Source: Lytechinus pictus
Taxonomy: Eukaryota
NCBI RefSeq assembly: GCF_037042905.1
Contig: NC_087246.1
Coordinates: 4,342,001-4,406,000 of the forward strand
Direction: 5' to 3'
Length of the DNA stretch: 64,000 nucleotides
Position numbers and translations under genes: made by a program. This document shows positions 49,719-64,000 of the stretch, one piece after another; the first letter of the stretch is position 1; every line of letters starts with the position of its first letter. The notes under the pieces were generated by a model that was not told the DNA's origin, did not search any database, and saw nothing but the letters and a program-made list of their open reading frames with translations.

Positions 49719-51469
49719 TTACTGAGCAAATCGCTGGTTTTGGCAGAATACATAGTGGCTACGATAAATGATTTATTTAAAAAAAAATTCCTTTCCCAGT
49801 CAGTCTGAACATCGATGGTAAAGTGAACACCATTTTTTTTTCTTTTTGCATTAAATATTGTTCTGCATTGTGTACATGATAAAAATACATTAATAATGAT
49901 AATAATCTTACTGTTTTCATTACATTAAATATAATTTCAAACTTTATTGAAAGAAGTTAATCATGTTAACACGATTTAAGGAAATATGATATCACACATC
50001 AGTAAATTGAAAAATATATTCATGTGATTCTATCAGCATGAACAGAATGAAATATCTTCCCCTAGCCAGAAATGACGTCATGGGCGTGGAAATATCCTAC
50101 ATATCGCATTTGAAATGACCATGTAGTATAGCAGTATCCATTCCAACACATGACTTAATGAACCGATCAACGACGACGTCTGCAACCATCGCATTTACTT
50201 ACTAAAATTTATTTTATGGTCACATACGGTGAAAGTGACCTTTAAAGTTTTTCAGTACTAGAGGTTTCTTAAATCTAAAATATACAATCAATGAATATAA
50301 TAGTTGCTATTTCTGATATGATATTCATTAAAGTATATACCCGTTTGACGTAGGTGAATTATAATTGATTGAAAATCCTGGAACATCTGTAACATGCAAT
50401 ATACAGTGATCGTTTTCGCGTGGTAATGTCCAAGTACTAATCCACTCTTGATGACGTGTGTTATGAGCATGATATAAACATCACATACGATTATTAGATA
50501 TCACATATCGACCCTATTATCACCCTCGTATTAATTTTAGGTTGTATGTCTCAATTGGGAGTAAAGGATCATTATGATTTAAATGGATGGAGCATTTGAA
50601 TAAAAGGGAATTTACTGTAAAAACGCTGTTTAAAATTTTAAGCAGGTTGTTTAAGCCCGACACTCTAACAGCTATTGTTAAAACTTTTTAAACAACTATT
50701 TAAACAACTTTTTAACTTTTTAAAGAACTGTTTAAACTTTTAAACAAGCTGTTTAAAAAGTTTACACAATCACAAAAAGTTTTAAAAAACTTGTTGTTAG
50801 AGTGACAGGCTTAAACAACGTGCTATTTTTTTTTACTCTGAATGATCTTGGTCTTAAAAATTATCAATATAGTAATTTCAACAAACATATGGTCTTTAAA
50901 GGACTTTTATATAATTATGTAAATTTGATTATTTTAAAACAAATTTAAATAAATATCTATTTACCTTAGCCTAAAACGTGTGGTGTATCTTTCCATCAGA
51001 CAGCAAGATGAAGGCATGACGCAATTCATAAGTGATGCTTGTGAAAATGTGCGTGTGTGTGTGTAAAAAAAGTGTAGGTGTGTGGGAGAAAGAGAGAACA
51101 AAAAGGGATATGATAATTACAATAGTAATGAGAGACTGGTAATCAAAACGACAATAATGATGATGATAGAAAAATCTAATCATTACCATTGTCATGATCA
51201 GTTTTGACGTTGCTACTGTCGTCAGCATTTCGCCGACATTTGTATCAATGTTACTGCTGATGTTTTTTTTTCCTGCCATTTTTATAATAGAATTTAGTTA
51301 AATTATCATCCAATATTAATGACCCTTATACCATTCGCCCCGTTTAATTCATTGGCGATGTTCCTTAATTCCGAAAAAAGGGGGAAAAGAGCTTGAATAA
51401 ATTTTTACCACATTCATAACATCTCTTTCCACTCCCTCATAACGGATGACCTTTTCTTTTTTCTTTTTT

Positions 51470-51731
51470 TTCTTTTTGATGCAACTTCACCTTTCTTGAA
51501 CTTGTTGAAAGCAGCATCACCTTTATACGATGACGCTTCGCCTCCTTATTAGGATCACCGGACAGACCATTCTCTTTAATAGCTATCACACTCACATAAT
51601 AATACCTCCGACACACACGCATCCATGTTTAACTGATACGTTTCGTCAATAAGATGTACTCTCACACTTCCCGTACCTTCTATGTCCCAAATTCTAGACT
51701 CTGGTTGAATTTAAACCATGTCAACTCTGAT
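51470..51731 (-). pseudogene. Degenerate exon resembling a fibronectin type III domain
   Basis: Acceptor attcag| near 51732; YYVSVIAIKENGLSG fits the FN3 Y.V.V.A....G.S motif; upstream frame broken. Confidence 0.35.
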
Positions 51732-51756
51732 CTGAATTTTTAGTTTAACTGATAGA

Positions 51757-51834
51757 CAGTGGCGCAACTAGGGGGGGGGGGCTTGGGGGGCACGTGCCCC
51801 CCCCCCCCATCCGCTGCCCCCCCCCCCCCCCCCC

Positions 51835-51869
<35 letters not shown>

Positions 51870-53023
51870 GGGGGAAAAGGAAAAAAAGAGGGAGAAAGAA
51901 AGAGAAGCGTACTGGGAAAGAAGAAAGTATTGTATATCATATTATTTGTGTTATGTTATATTATATTATATTATTTGTATTATATTATATTACATAATAA
52001 ATATGTTCTTTCAATAACTACGTGAAACATAATTTGCTTATGGCCTATGTGTTCATCATTACTAGTACTCGCATTGTCTGATTAATGAGATATATAATCC
52101 TGTTGTACTAAAACATCCCGTTTTTAAGTCCATATACACCAAATATAATATTTCGTCGCACTTCGTCCAATATAAAAAAAAATTCAGCTCGCGCTTTGCG
52201 CTCGGTCTATTTTATTAGTGAGAAAAGTATTATTTTAATGAGTCACTGCAAACAGTTGATAAACATATCCTTTTTTCAGAAAGGTTAATTCAAAGTATCA
52301 GCTCGCGCTCACATTAATTACTATATCATTCATGAAACAAGTGCTTACAATGTCCAGTTTTCTGGTCGGAAATCAAAATTTCGCCCTCGAATCAATAATA
52401 TTGTTGATATATCCACCCTCTGCATGGTTACAATCGAGTTTTCAGGTCGAAATATAACATTATTTAGCTAGCGCTTCGCGCTCGTGTTTTGGGAATGGAG
52501 AGAGATGTATTCTTTCATGGATCACTGCGAACAGTCTTTAATAGGTCTTTTTGCTGGCCAGTATATGAAAATATCAGCTCGCGCTTTACGCTCGCATGGA
52601 TTGTTTAGTTAGATACTCTCATGACGATTACAAATGCTGCTCACAATGTTCAATTTTTCAGGGCTAAAAATATGAAATAAAAAAGATTTAGCTCGCGTTT
52701 TGCGCTCGCATGGTAATTTATATTCAGACCACGTGAAAATACCTTATGTTGCTTCTAAAAATGAAAACTTAGTTAGGACTGACCCCTTAAATAAACAAAC
52801 AAAATCAGATTTCGGCGGCCGCGACGGGAAAATGATGAAAATACTCCCCATCGATAAAAGCTGAAACTGATCCCGGGTACGACGAAAGAAAATGTGACTA
52901 AGGAGAATGCAGAACACTACCAAGGTTCATGGTTGCCGGACGTCGGTAATCGCTACCGATATTTGTCGGTAATGATAAGGGCCTCCACGCCCCCCTCCTC
53001 GAAAAGGCCTGGCGACGCCCCTG
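51757..53023. mobile_element. hAT-like non-autonomous element with GCTCGCGCTTCGCGCTCG repeats (opposite orientation to 39463-41665)
   Basis: Termini cagtggcgcaactagg / cctggcgacgcccctg; no matching TSD seen. Confidence 0.65.
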
Positions 53024-53945
53024 GGTCTGGGTACTTAGAATACGTAAAAATCGTAAGTGTTGTTAACTTGACACGTTTTCCTATCAGGATGCTACCGTGC
53101 CTGGTCGGTTATTCTAAAGCGATAGAACGTAAAGAAAGAAGGGGAAAATGAAAAAAAAAAGAAGAGGGAAGAGAAAGTTCACATCTTAAAAAAATAGGCA
53201 AATTTTTTGGGGAAAATAGAGGGGTGGGTATAGAAGGGCGCGTACCCGCTTCCGATAGGACGATAGTTAAGCACTCTTTTTACAAGTTTCTTTAATAGAA
53301 AGGTGAAAAGGGAGGTTATTGATTTCCTTGGTCAATTTGTTCATTTTTTTGTTGGAAAATGAATTTCCACACTTGAGGGACATTATAGGGAGTGTCCCTA
53401 TCTTCTTTTTTTTTGTCTTCCTTTCGATCTTTTGGAGGGGGTATGTTTTCTGTTTATATCTATTTTTGACGAGATTGTCGTTGCTATCTTATTTTTAGAG
53501 GAAGATGATATCACTATCCTCTCTTTTATATCACCTTAAACTCCTCTTAGATTATCATCTTCTTTTCAACCTTTGACGAGAAGAGTTAAAGTATTCCTCC
53601 AGGCTAGTGGGTACTATTTATTTAATGGAAATCGATTTAGCTATCCTGGTTATTTTTGGACAAAAAAGTTCTGATATTTTGATGGAAAATTGGAAGCACG
53701 CTGCAAGAATCAGTCAGGTATTCTAATTTTATCCCAGTAAGTGTTAAAAGGCATGCATTAGCAAATGTCGTTCGGAAATTTGTTTAAGACAGTGCATTTA
53801 CAGTAATTCGCCATGTAGTGTCCAGTAACTAAGCCGTTTCGGCCTTTTTATACTGAGCTAAGAGTGATTGTTTTCCCTAGTTTTGGCAACTGTAACTTAA
53901 ACATTAAATTTATTTGTTGGTGGTTGCTGAAATCCAATAAGGTCT

Positions 53946-54103
53946 GGGCCACTTTGCATAACAGTTACTATTATAGGAACTCTATCATTCAATTGAATCT
54001 TTCGTGGAATCCTTGATTTTGATTGGCTGTTGAGCATTGTTACCATGGTAATTACCATTGGATGGCTATATTACCATAATAGTAACTTTTATGCAATAGG
54101 GCC
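53946..54103. mobile_element. Small MITE
   Basis: Inverted ends ggccactttgcataacagttactattat / ataatagtaacttttatgcaatagggcc. Confidence 0.65.
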
Positions 54104-55952
54104 ATGAAGACGGTTGTCAGAAATCACGAGTGCAGACAAATTGTAGCTGGGTTGGCCAACTTTTTTGTTGTTGCTTTGGTTGTATGGATATAGAAGTGAT
54201 TCTACCTCCGAACATTTTTGTCTTTTTAATGGTAACGAACGTCATCACGATGTCAAAAATAACTGGACTGAGTTGGTTAGTGCTTGGACCTACAAATAGA
54301 TGGATATTCATCGGTTAATTAATCCAACTGTCATGGTTGCAATGAGTTAATAATAAATAAATAAAGAAATAATTCACTAACATGTGGCTGTCATTGTGAT
54401 CTTAATAATAATATTCCCTAATTCATATCTTCTTTGAGGTGACACAACATTTGCTCCTGCGACATTTGCTCTGGTCTTGATATTTCAGAGATCGAGTTAG
54501 GATTGTAATAGAGTTTTTGGTTCAGAAGAGGGTAAATAAAGTGATTCGATTTTATTTAGTTAAGGATGATAGATTTTATGTTGGGCTTAACGTGGAGATT
54601 TTCCATCGGAGCAATTGTCGCCGGAGCATATAATGGAACCCTTCTTTGATGGTCACTGTTAATAAGGCCATGAATTGAAAGAAGCAGGTCGTGATTAGAC
54701 ATTGAAATCGCACAAACTTTATGCACAGATCAGATAAGTTGTTTCAACTATAATTTACTCGAAAACCATCTTGGTAAACGCAAAAGACAACTTCGGAGCA
54801 TTTATTTAAGAAGATGACAATTAGTAGAATAGCGCCAGCTTTTGTACATTCCTTAACTCTGTATCTTATTTCATATACATATATACATGTACATGTACAT
54901 ATATCATGTATATATAATTAAGAGGATTGAAGAATCACTGGAAGTGGTCGCAGTGTAATAATGTTTGTTGTGACCATGTGATCATGGACAAGAGAGAGAG
55001 AGAGAGAGAGAAAAGGGGGAGGGAAAGGGGGGGGGGGTAGAGAGGGGCGATATAGAAATGTACGGAGAGAAAGAGAGAGGTGGAAAGAGGGGTAGAGAGA
55101 GAAGGGTAGGAAGAGAGTTGGGGGGAGACAGACAGAATATGGAATAAATATTTTTTGATAGAATTTGTCATGATAACTTGTGCAATATTTTGTGTCATTA
55201 ATATGTCAGGGTTACGTTTCATCTTTGACTGAGCCTTTATTATAAGCAGTTATGGTATACGATTATATATATATATATATATTTATATTTATTTATTTCC
55301 GACAAAGCGGAAAAAATCCCATGCATGAAAATGTTTTACAAAACGAATTAATTCACATGTATAACATCCATTAGGCTCTAATAGGTTCTGTTCATGTAGA
55401 CAAGGGCATGTTCTCTCATTTCACAATGACTGGTTATCAGGACAGGGGCTTGTGTTTTTACTTTCTTCAGGCGCTTCGGTTATATAAATCGGTCGGAGTG
55501 AGCCAAGTGAAAGACCAAAAAGTTGCTTATAAGAGCGATATTTTCAATGGAATGTGCATGGGAGAATATTTTCGAAATTAAACCCAGCATTTAGAGCACT
55601 TTATGAATTTCCAAATAAATGTACATCTACAACATCTTTAAATTGCTAAATGAGAAACCGCAGATAAGGTGCAAGAATACATGTTCCCGTGATCGCTATC
55701 CTCTATACACTAGTATAACACATTAGTTAACTAAAGAAGTGTATAGCGAATAGCTTGAAATTATTGCTAAAAAGACGCTCTTTTACTTTGTGGCCCATCT
55801 CCCCCATCTTCACCTCCCGTAGAATCGCCTGCCTTTCATTAACTTGGTTAAATAGTTATAACAAAAAAATATCGATGTAATACCTATATTATGATTTATA
55901 TGCTGATATAATGTACACTTGTTTAGCAATACCCCCTTTAATAATGACTCTG

Positions 55953-55989
<37 letters not shown>

Positions 55990-56379
55990 CAAAAAAACAT
56001 TTTCTATATAATGTCAATTGAAGGGGGGGGGGTCTACTTCACACAAGCCTCATAGCGCCCTCCACCTATCGTCACTATTATAAACATTGTTATATTATTA
56101 TATATTTGGCAGTGTTTGTATCATTGTGCTTCTGTGAAAGTGGAGTATGAATAAATCAAATCCAATCAAATCAAATCATATTCATGAGCTAAAGCAACAT
56201 TCACGCGAATATAATATTTGGCATATAGTGAGGTTTATGAGGTATTGAAGTGCAGGGGGATCAGAACGCGCAATGGAACTTCATCATGTTGATGCATTTG
56301 TAAATTGTGAGTTACATGTAATTGTTTTATTTTAGAAATGTAGTTCTGATGCTTTTCTTTCCTCATCACCGACTCGTTT

Positions 56380-56491
56380 TAGGAACCCATTGGAAATAAG
56401 CCACTCGGCTTTCATGGGTTATCCTGTCAAGGTATTCTTCTCACTTATTGTATATTATGTCCTGTGATATTCTAGACGAATAATATCAATT

Positions 56492-56525
<34 letters not shown>

Positions 56526-56535
56526 GCAATCAACC

Positions 56536-56569
<34 letters not shown>

Positions 56570-56575
56570 CCAATC
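56380..56575 (+). repeat. LINE 3' stem remnant with long (AATC)n tail
   Basis: AACCCAT...ATGGGTT stem followed by (AATC)n 56490-56575. Confidence 0.6.
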
Positions 56576-57139
56576 TGTTTTCCCGTATGTACCACTCCCC
56601 ATTCCTCCCTTTTAATTTTTTTTATTCTGTGCCCATCATGTCTATCCACCATGGAGGGACAGGGTGTGTTAGGCCCATATTTAGTTGAAGAGGCACACGT
56701 CACAATATCAAGAGCAGAAGCTGAATTCACTGATCTTTACGCATAGAACCTACATAGAGGAAAAAAGTGTTAGAGCAATGGTAGTTTAACGGAGGAGGAG
56801 GGGGGGGGGGCAATTGCGACTGCTCCTCTGACTTTTCAATCAGTAACAAAAAAAAATTGAAAAAACCCAGAAGACTTAAAGAAAAAGAGTTTCAAAAGAG
56901 AGATCTATCGTGTAACTATGCCACTATTACAAATGTATGTGTCACTTAGCATATATGAACAATGTCAAAATTTGTTTCATGACTTCGTCTTTCAGTCACA
57001 GTAAATAAAACGAATGAAGCCTAAATTACATTATAAGGAAATCGAGAATAAAAAAATATATACATCCGGAAGTTTTACTTCAGGAGCACTTTAGTTTTGG
57101 ACGGAAATCTCTTGTCTGATATTTATAATGTTTACATGA

Positions 57140-58602
57140 GTCGGGAAGTTGAGGTTTGATGGGTCCGGAGTAAGTATTTCATCATTTTAAAATGTCTCCG
57201 TCCACAACATTTGTATCATCCTTTGTTGTAAACATCAACTTCCGGTCAGACTGAATTTCGTCTAAATCGGTACCAATTTGACAACGGATTTTTTTTTCTG
57301 CCCGAAAGAAAAACCAACTTATTTCATGTTTGCTAGAATTCCATCCATTCTTCTCCTTCTCCATGCCCGAAGGCCCGAGTTGATTTCTTTTCGTCGTTCC
57401 CTTCGTACAATTCCTCTAATTTTGGAAATGCATATTTGCTCTTGAAAGGTATATAATGTAGTTTTCTTTTGAGATTCAAATCTACTCGAGGGAACTTTGA
57501 TGTAGCGGTTAGTAAGAAATTTAAGATGGATAGATCGATGTTTTATGTTGTGGCCGGAAGTATTTTTTATTCAGCCAACACTAAGCATTTAATAATCTCC
57601 TTTTTTCCTTTGTGATAAGACAGCTTGTTTAGATTTGTTTTATCAATTTTATCCTCAATGATACAATTATAGAGATATAAGAGACAGACTGACATGAAAT
57701 TGTTGAAAATGATTAGATTGATATGTATGTTTAAATATTTTAACAACACGATCTTCTCCAATTGTTTTTTTTTCGTCACACCTGAAATAGTTTCTGGAAA
57801 AAAGAATCCAAAAGACAGATAAAGGATCACATCTGCTCCAATTTGACAAGAGTCTATTGACATTGACCGCTAGAGAATAAAAATGGGAAATTGCAATATG
57901 AAAAATAATCATGATCAAATGATTTTCTGTAAGATCATAGCGTTGATTGTGATGGTTATGATGATAACAAGATAATGATAATAAAAAAGTATTTGTAGAA
58001 TATGTTACCCATCTTCAAATATGATAATTTAAAGAGTGCAAAACAGGGGGTGAGAAGGTAGATACTAAAGGCCTTTTGCATACAGGGTGGAGATAATACA
58101 AATAAGAAAGAAAAATGTACACAAATGAGAGAGAGAGAGTATTTTCTTGTAAGTAATAACCCTATAATTAATTCAATTAAAATAAAATTATGCCAAATTT
58201 GTTTCGTTCCCCCCCCCCCCATCAAAATATCCTGCGCTATCCGTGATTACAGATATCAGCGTTAGATGTGAACTCAGGAGTCTGATCAACACAGTCATTG
58301 AAAATGTTGTGCTTATATATTATATAGAGCAGTGTCTTTGTGATGTAGTATGTCTTGACAAAATGTAATCGAATAATTTATTCTTTATTTATCGTTTCGA
58401 GAGAATTCAATACGTGATTGTAAGACTGTAGGGTTGAAAGGCTAACATGTTACCCCATCCAGTCTCGTCTGTAGCCGATCCAGTTAGAACCCACACCATC
58501 GGACTATACATGAGAAGGCACCAAGCCAGCGAATCACTCTTGATCATTATTTACTTTCCCTATTAGTTGCTTTCCCTCTCCCTCTCTGTTTTCTTCTGAA
58601 TC

Positions 58603-58696
<94 letters not shown>

Positions 58697-60245
58697 TTTT
58701 ATTCATTTTTTTGGGGGGGGGGGGAGGAGAAGATATTATGTGAAAATTTTATTACTGATGTTTTTTTTTTTTTTGGGGGGGGGGTTGCCACTCATCATTA
58801 TTTTTGATAAGGGAATATCCTGCCATAGGGAAATCACGAACCAAACCAACATCTCTCATATGCCGCTCATGGGCCTCCAAAATACGGAATCCCTCGATCA
58901 CCTCATCACCATCTCGGCAATTTATTTATGGCCAGTCCCAAATAGGCCAAACAATTATTTTAATGGTATGAACACACACTGTCTTATTCATTACTATTTG
59001 AAACGTCATCCGCTGCTATTTGTGAACATTACGAAGATATCTGTCGAAGATTCATAGTAGGAAAATATTGGTAACCTATACACATTTCTTTTTATAAATA
59101 GGTTAAGCCAGATTAACTCAATTCCCTCATTAGAATGAGAAAAGGGGTCATTAGCTTCCCCCATGCGATCCCTATACACTCTTGCGGAGTGATGCATGGG
59201 CGAATAGAGTAGAGTATCTGTATCTACTAAATCTATCAAGCTCACCCCTAAAACCCGACACTCTCCGGATCTAAATCGCTTCTAGAATGATGAAGCAAGT
59301 CATCATTCTCAAAAGTGAAACGGCGCAGGAGGGAACCGTAGACAATAATCAATACGCATTTAGTTTCCTAAGTTTGCTGTTGTTTTTGTATGTTTGTTTG
59401 GGTGTCATCGCTTATTTCAGGATGTACTCAATTTCGTCTTCCGCCCCATTCCCATTGGAATTGGTTGCTATAGTCGCATCCGATAAATCTGTTGTTATCC
59501 CAACAAGGAGTGTGGTTCGTCATGTTATATCACAACATCATAGAAGGGTATAGTGTACAGGTCTTCAGGGACAAAAATTTGTGAGGATCGGACAGTATGG
59601 GGATGAGAAGAGAAAGAGAGAGGGGGTGAGGCGGGGCTTGAGTGTGAGAAAAAGGGGAAGAAAGAAAGAGAAGGCCCAGAAGGGGAGAGAGGGAAAAACA
59701 ACAAAATATGGATTTTTCTTTTCACCATGCCGAAATATAATGTGACTGTAATCGTCTATCAAAGATTATAATACTTGATATGAGATATGCAAGACTTGAA
59801 GAATCCCATGAAAATGGGTTCACGTTGATTGACTGATTTGACATCACATATTTCTCCTATGACGCAATATCAACAAAATACGAAAGATGAATTTTCAAAA
59901 TATCAAAATACGTATATGACTTAAATAAATATCCATCATCACTCTTTTACGGGAAAAAACAAAACAATGCAACCCACATCCAAGCCCACATTAAACGCGT
60001 TCTGTTCAGTGAAAAACACCAGATGAAAACAAAAGAAGCATGTCTCCCCCAAACATTAAATCAATTAAGGAGAAGAGGGAAATCATAAAAAGTGCGCTCA
60101 TCACAAAGGAATCAGTCCGTAATACGTTAAGACCATAGTGATGAATCCTTTGTCATCATTGCAAGCGTACTCAACGTGGGATAGTGGCGTCAAAAACTCT
60201 CATTTCCAGTCAGTGTCACATCGCTGAATGGTTAGTGTACTACAT
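57140..60245 (-). pseudogene. Cluster of degenerate exon-like segments, including a signal-peptide-like exon (58547-58454)
   Basis: MIKSDSLAWCLLMYSPMVWVLTGSATDETGW(G)|gtaac; coding-like broken frames at 57140-57415, 58810-59562 and 60060-60240. Confidence 0.3.
58609..58688. repeat. (AT)n microsatellite
   Basis: Direct reading. Confidence 0.95.
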
Positions 60246-60533
60246 TTTGTATGAGAATGTGGTTTGAGAGAGTAAGAGGGAAAGAAAGGCATAACGAGAA
60301 AGGGAGAGGGGGTGGGTGAAATATATGGAAAAAAGGGGGAGTGAAGTTTGGATGTAGGGCGTAGGGAATAGGGTGATTGATACAACATTAAAAGAGTAGA
60401 CCTACACAGTTGTAAGGCTTTGAATACAGTGAGTTAAACACAGATTGAAAGAATTATATTAATCCCTATTGCCTATCAGTATCAGTCTACATACAACACA
60501 TTCATGATATAGGTCAAAAGCAATTGCGATTAA

Positions 60534-61137
60534 AGGGATGGTCCAGGCTGAAAATATTCATATCTAAATAAAAAGAGTAAAATTTACAAAGCAAAATGCT
60601 GAAAATTTCATTAAAATTGTATAAGAAATAACGAAATTATTTAATTTAAAAGTTAATCAATATTTTGTGAAAACAGTTATAATTATGCACATCGTCATGA
60701 ATATTCATTAGGTGGGCTGATGTCACATCCCCATTTTCCTTTTTCTTATGTTAGTTATGAAATAATAAATTTTTCATTTTTTCATACCTGTGTAAATGAT
60801 GTGTCTCCATTATGATGAAATAAGTTGCAGCAATAAATAACTAATGCAGTTAATCAGTTGTCAATCCAATTGTTTCAGTTCTTGGTAGAAATTTTTTGAA
60901 TAAACCTAATTTCATATAATAAAATACAAAAGAATGAGTGCGGATATGACATCATCAGCCCACCTGATGAATATTCATAAAGACATGCCTAAAACTGTTT
61001 CACCAGAATAATGCAAATCTTTAAAATTCAATAACTTCACTATTTGTTATCCGATTTTGATCAAATTTTCAGCATTTTGCTTTGTGAATTTTACTCTATT
61101 TATTGAGATATATATATTTTCAGCTTGTACCATCCAT
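60534..61137. mobile_element. Kolobok-like non-autonomous DNA transposon
   Basis: TTAA|AGGGATGGTCCAGGCTGAAAA ... TTTTCAGCTTGTACCATCCAT|TTAA; related to 20779-21382. Confidence 0.8.
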
Positions 61138-61479
61138 TTAATACAAATAATGCAGACTAAAGCCAAAAAAAAATCGTTGGGTTGATCTAGTGTGCCTTTT
61201 AAGTCACATTGAGAGAGAGAAAATATTGTATTTAGATAATTATAACCCTGGTAAATCACTTTTATTATAAATCAAACTAAGGCATTGATACGAAGTTAGT
61301 ACAATTCCAAAATCATGATGATTGAAATTCTAATTTCATCTATGTCGTTCTAATTGAAGTCTATAATAGTAGAGCGGATTAGCTCCAAAAATCACAACAA
61401 TTGTGCAAATTTTGACTAAAGCATATAACTTTCACAAGTATTAGTATATGCCATAAGATTTATTTTAAAGATGGGAGGT

Positions 61480-63010
61480 AAATTTATAAATGCCATTTTC
61501 GGCCGTTGCCATGGCAACGGATTAATTTCTCCAAAATAACATACATTCCCATATAAATGGTAAATAAACATGATATAGATGACCAAAATGATAATTTTCA
61601 GGCTCCCGATTGAAAACAAACGAAATTTAAAAATATTCAAGATCATCAAGATAGTTCCAATTGGTCCGTTGCCATGGTAACGGCTTGTTTTTCCCCAGAA
61701 AAATAAAAATTTTGATTAAAAAAAGTTTTAGATTATGATATATCTTTAATTTCCCCTAATTTTACAGTGCTTAACAAAGATATTTTGGTTGCTAAATGTG
61801 TAAATTACATTTCAAGCCATTGCCATGGCAACCAAATAACATCTAATTTACAAAAATAACATGGTTGTCAAGACAATGGATAGGTGGAAAATACAATTGG
61901 AATTGACTTAATCTGTATGCTTAAGTTTCGACCCCCTCATTTGAACAAAAAATACAAAATTGTTCTTCAGGAGTTCTTTATAAAGATAAAATATTATGTT
62001 GCTTTGAAAATGCTTGAATCAAATTTAAAAAGGAACAATTTTACAAAGGGCCCGTTGCCATGGCAACAGCTTATTTCCCTCTAGAAAGGTAAAAATATTG
62101 ATAAAAATGTAGAATACATGTACGGTATGATCATCATTCCATTTTCCCTAATTTAAAGGTACTAATCGAGATATGTTTGTGACTAAATTTATAAATATCA
62201 CATCTTAAGCCATTGCCATGGCAACCAAATAACATCTAATTTTAAAAAAAAGTGGATGATAAGGTTAAAAACAGGTGAAAGATACAATGAATATTAACTT
62301 AATGTGCATTCGTAAGGTCTGACCTACTCAACTAATTTAGGGGAAAATAATACAGTCAGTGTTCTGCATGAACTAATTAAAATGATAAACATTGATGTTG
62401 CCTTGGTAATACTTGAATTCAACGATAAATATAAATGTTCCAAATGGCCTGTTGCCATAGCAACGGATCATTTACCCAAGAACATAAGCAGTTTTGATTT
62501 AAAAAAAGGACTGTATAATCTGATTTTTCATTCATTTCCCTTAACTTTAGGGTAAGAATAGATATGTTTGCTGTTAACATGCAAATAACATATAAATCCA
62601 TTGTCATGGCAACCAAATAACATCTAATTTGAAAAAATATAACATGGTTGACATGATAATGGACAGGTGGAAAATGCAATTTATATCAATTAACTCAAGG
62701 TTTGACCCAGTCATTTAATTTTGAACAAAGATTACAGTGTTTCGCATTAGTTCATTAGAATGATGAAATTTGAGGTTGCCTTGGTAATGCTTGAAGTTAA
62801 TGATAAATATCAATGTTGCAAATGGGCCGTTGCCATGGCAACGACTCTTTTTTCCCAAGGAAAGCACCAAATTTGATCGAAAAACAGTTTAAAATCTGCA
62901 TTTTGTCATAAATTTCCCCTAATTTTAGGGTGCAAAGCATAGATATGTTTGCTGTTGATGTACAAATAACTTAAGCCATTGCCATGACAACCAAATAACA
63001 TCTAATTTCA
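61480..63010. repeat. ~385-bp tandem repeat carrying GTTGCCATGGCAAC palindromes
   Basis: CCATTGCCATGGCAACCAAATAACATCTAATTT recurs at ~61818, 62210, 62598, 62976. Confidence 0.85.
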
Positions 63011-63039
63011 GTGGCTTAATTTGGTTTCTATGCGATGGT

Positions 63040-64000
63040 TTTAAGGGTGAAGTAGTACATTGGGACTAGTTACAAGGACAGCCAGTGGTCTGACGTGTCC
63101 AAAACCCTAAGACGGCTTCCAAAAATGGAGTTTGAAGTGGCTGTTGATATATAAATGGACATATAGGTAATTTCCTATCAATCTGAGATATATGATTTTG
63201 GTGTCTAGACCATGGTTTCAATGGTCAAATAATACACTATGACAAGTTGAATGGACAGTCAGTTGTATATTATATAAAAAAATCCAAGATGGCTTCCAAA
63301 AATGGAGTCTAAAATTGCTGTTGCTGCATTAAAAAAGTAGTTTGTTTGATATCCTGGAATATGTTTATGTCATGGTTAAATGGGTCAAATAATACATTAG
63401 GACAAGTAACAAGGACAGTCAGTGGTCAAGTTTGTCAAAAAATGCAAGGTGGCCTCCAAAAATGGAATAGCTCCTGTTACTAACAAATGGACATATTTCG
63501 TGTAATATATGCCAAGGGCATATTATTTTGATATCTAAACCATGGTTTTAAAAGTCAGTAAATACATCATGTACATTGGAACAAGTTACAAGGACAGTCA
63601 GTAATCCAGTGTGTCTAAACATCCAAGATGGCTTCCGACAATTGGAGTCTAATCGGAGTCTGTTACTTAAAAATTGACATAGTTCATTTAAAATCCACCA
63701 AGAAAAAATTATTTCGGTGTTCACACTTTGGTTTCAAGGTTTAAAAAATATGTTTAGACTGGTTACAATGATATCCAGTTGTCAATTTTTTCCTAAAAAT
63801 CCAAGAGGGTTTTCAAAATGGCATCTAAAATGACTTATATCACTCAGAAATTATCTGAGTTCATACAACATCAACACGTGAGAAACATTTTTGGTGTCTA
63901 CACTGTGGTATGAAGGGTCCACTATTACATTAGGACAAGTAACAAGGATGGTTAGTTATCAATTTTGTCCAAAATCCAAGGTAGATTCTAAAATTACATC
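63040..64000. repeat. ~170-180-bp tandem repeat with AAAATCCAAGATGGCTTCC motif (runs off window)
   Basis: Motif at ~63100, 63280, 63440, 63620, 63797, 63970. Confidence 0.8.

Overview
AT-rich metazoan genomic DNA, most likely a sea urchin (inferred from the repeat repertoire and spliceosomal introns; no prokaryotic features). There is one well-supported spliced gene, on the minus strand at the left end (coding exons 4099-3955, 1868-1693, 921-806, probably continuing past position 1). It encodes the N-terminal RNA-binding lobe of Tpt1/KptA (tRNA 2'-phosphotransferase) with the catalytic His replaced by Tyr, joined to an Elongin BC-box/cullin-box-like motif instead of the NAD lobe. It shares a CpG-rich divergent promoter with a putative plus-strand first exon. 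Most of the rest is repeats: decayed LINEs (CR1/L2 group, one with a PHD finger; an RTEX-like 3' end), tRNA-derived SINEs, many non-autonomous DNA transposons, minisatellites and microsatellites. At 24.3-30.9 kb a nest of hairpin-bearing, Crypton-like cassettes abut at TATAA junctions, and the 16-nt hairpin loop is inverted between two copies. Scattered degenerate minus-strand exon-like segments (16-60 kb) may be a decayed gene for an extracellular multidomain protein; one is split in frame by a transposon with a 5-bp TSD. Family assignments are by eye, without database searches.
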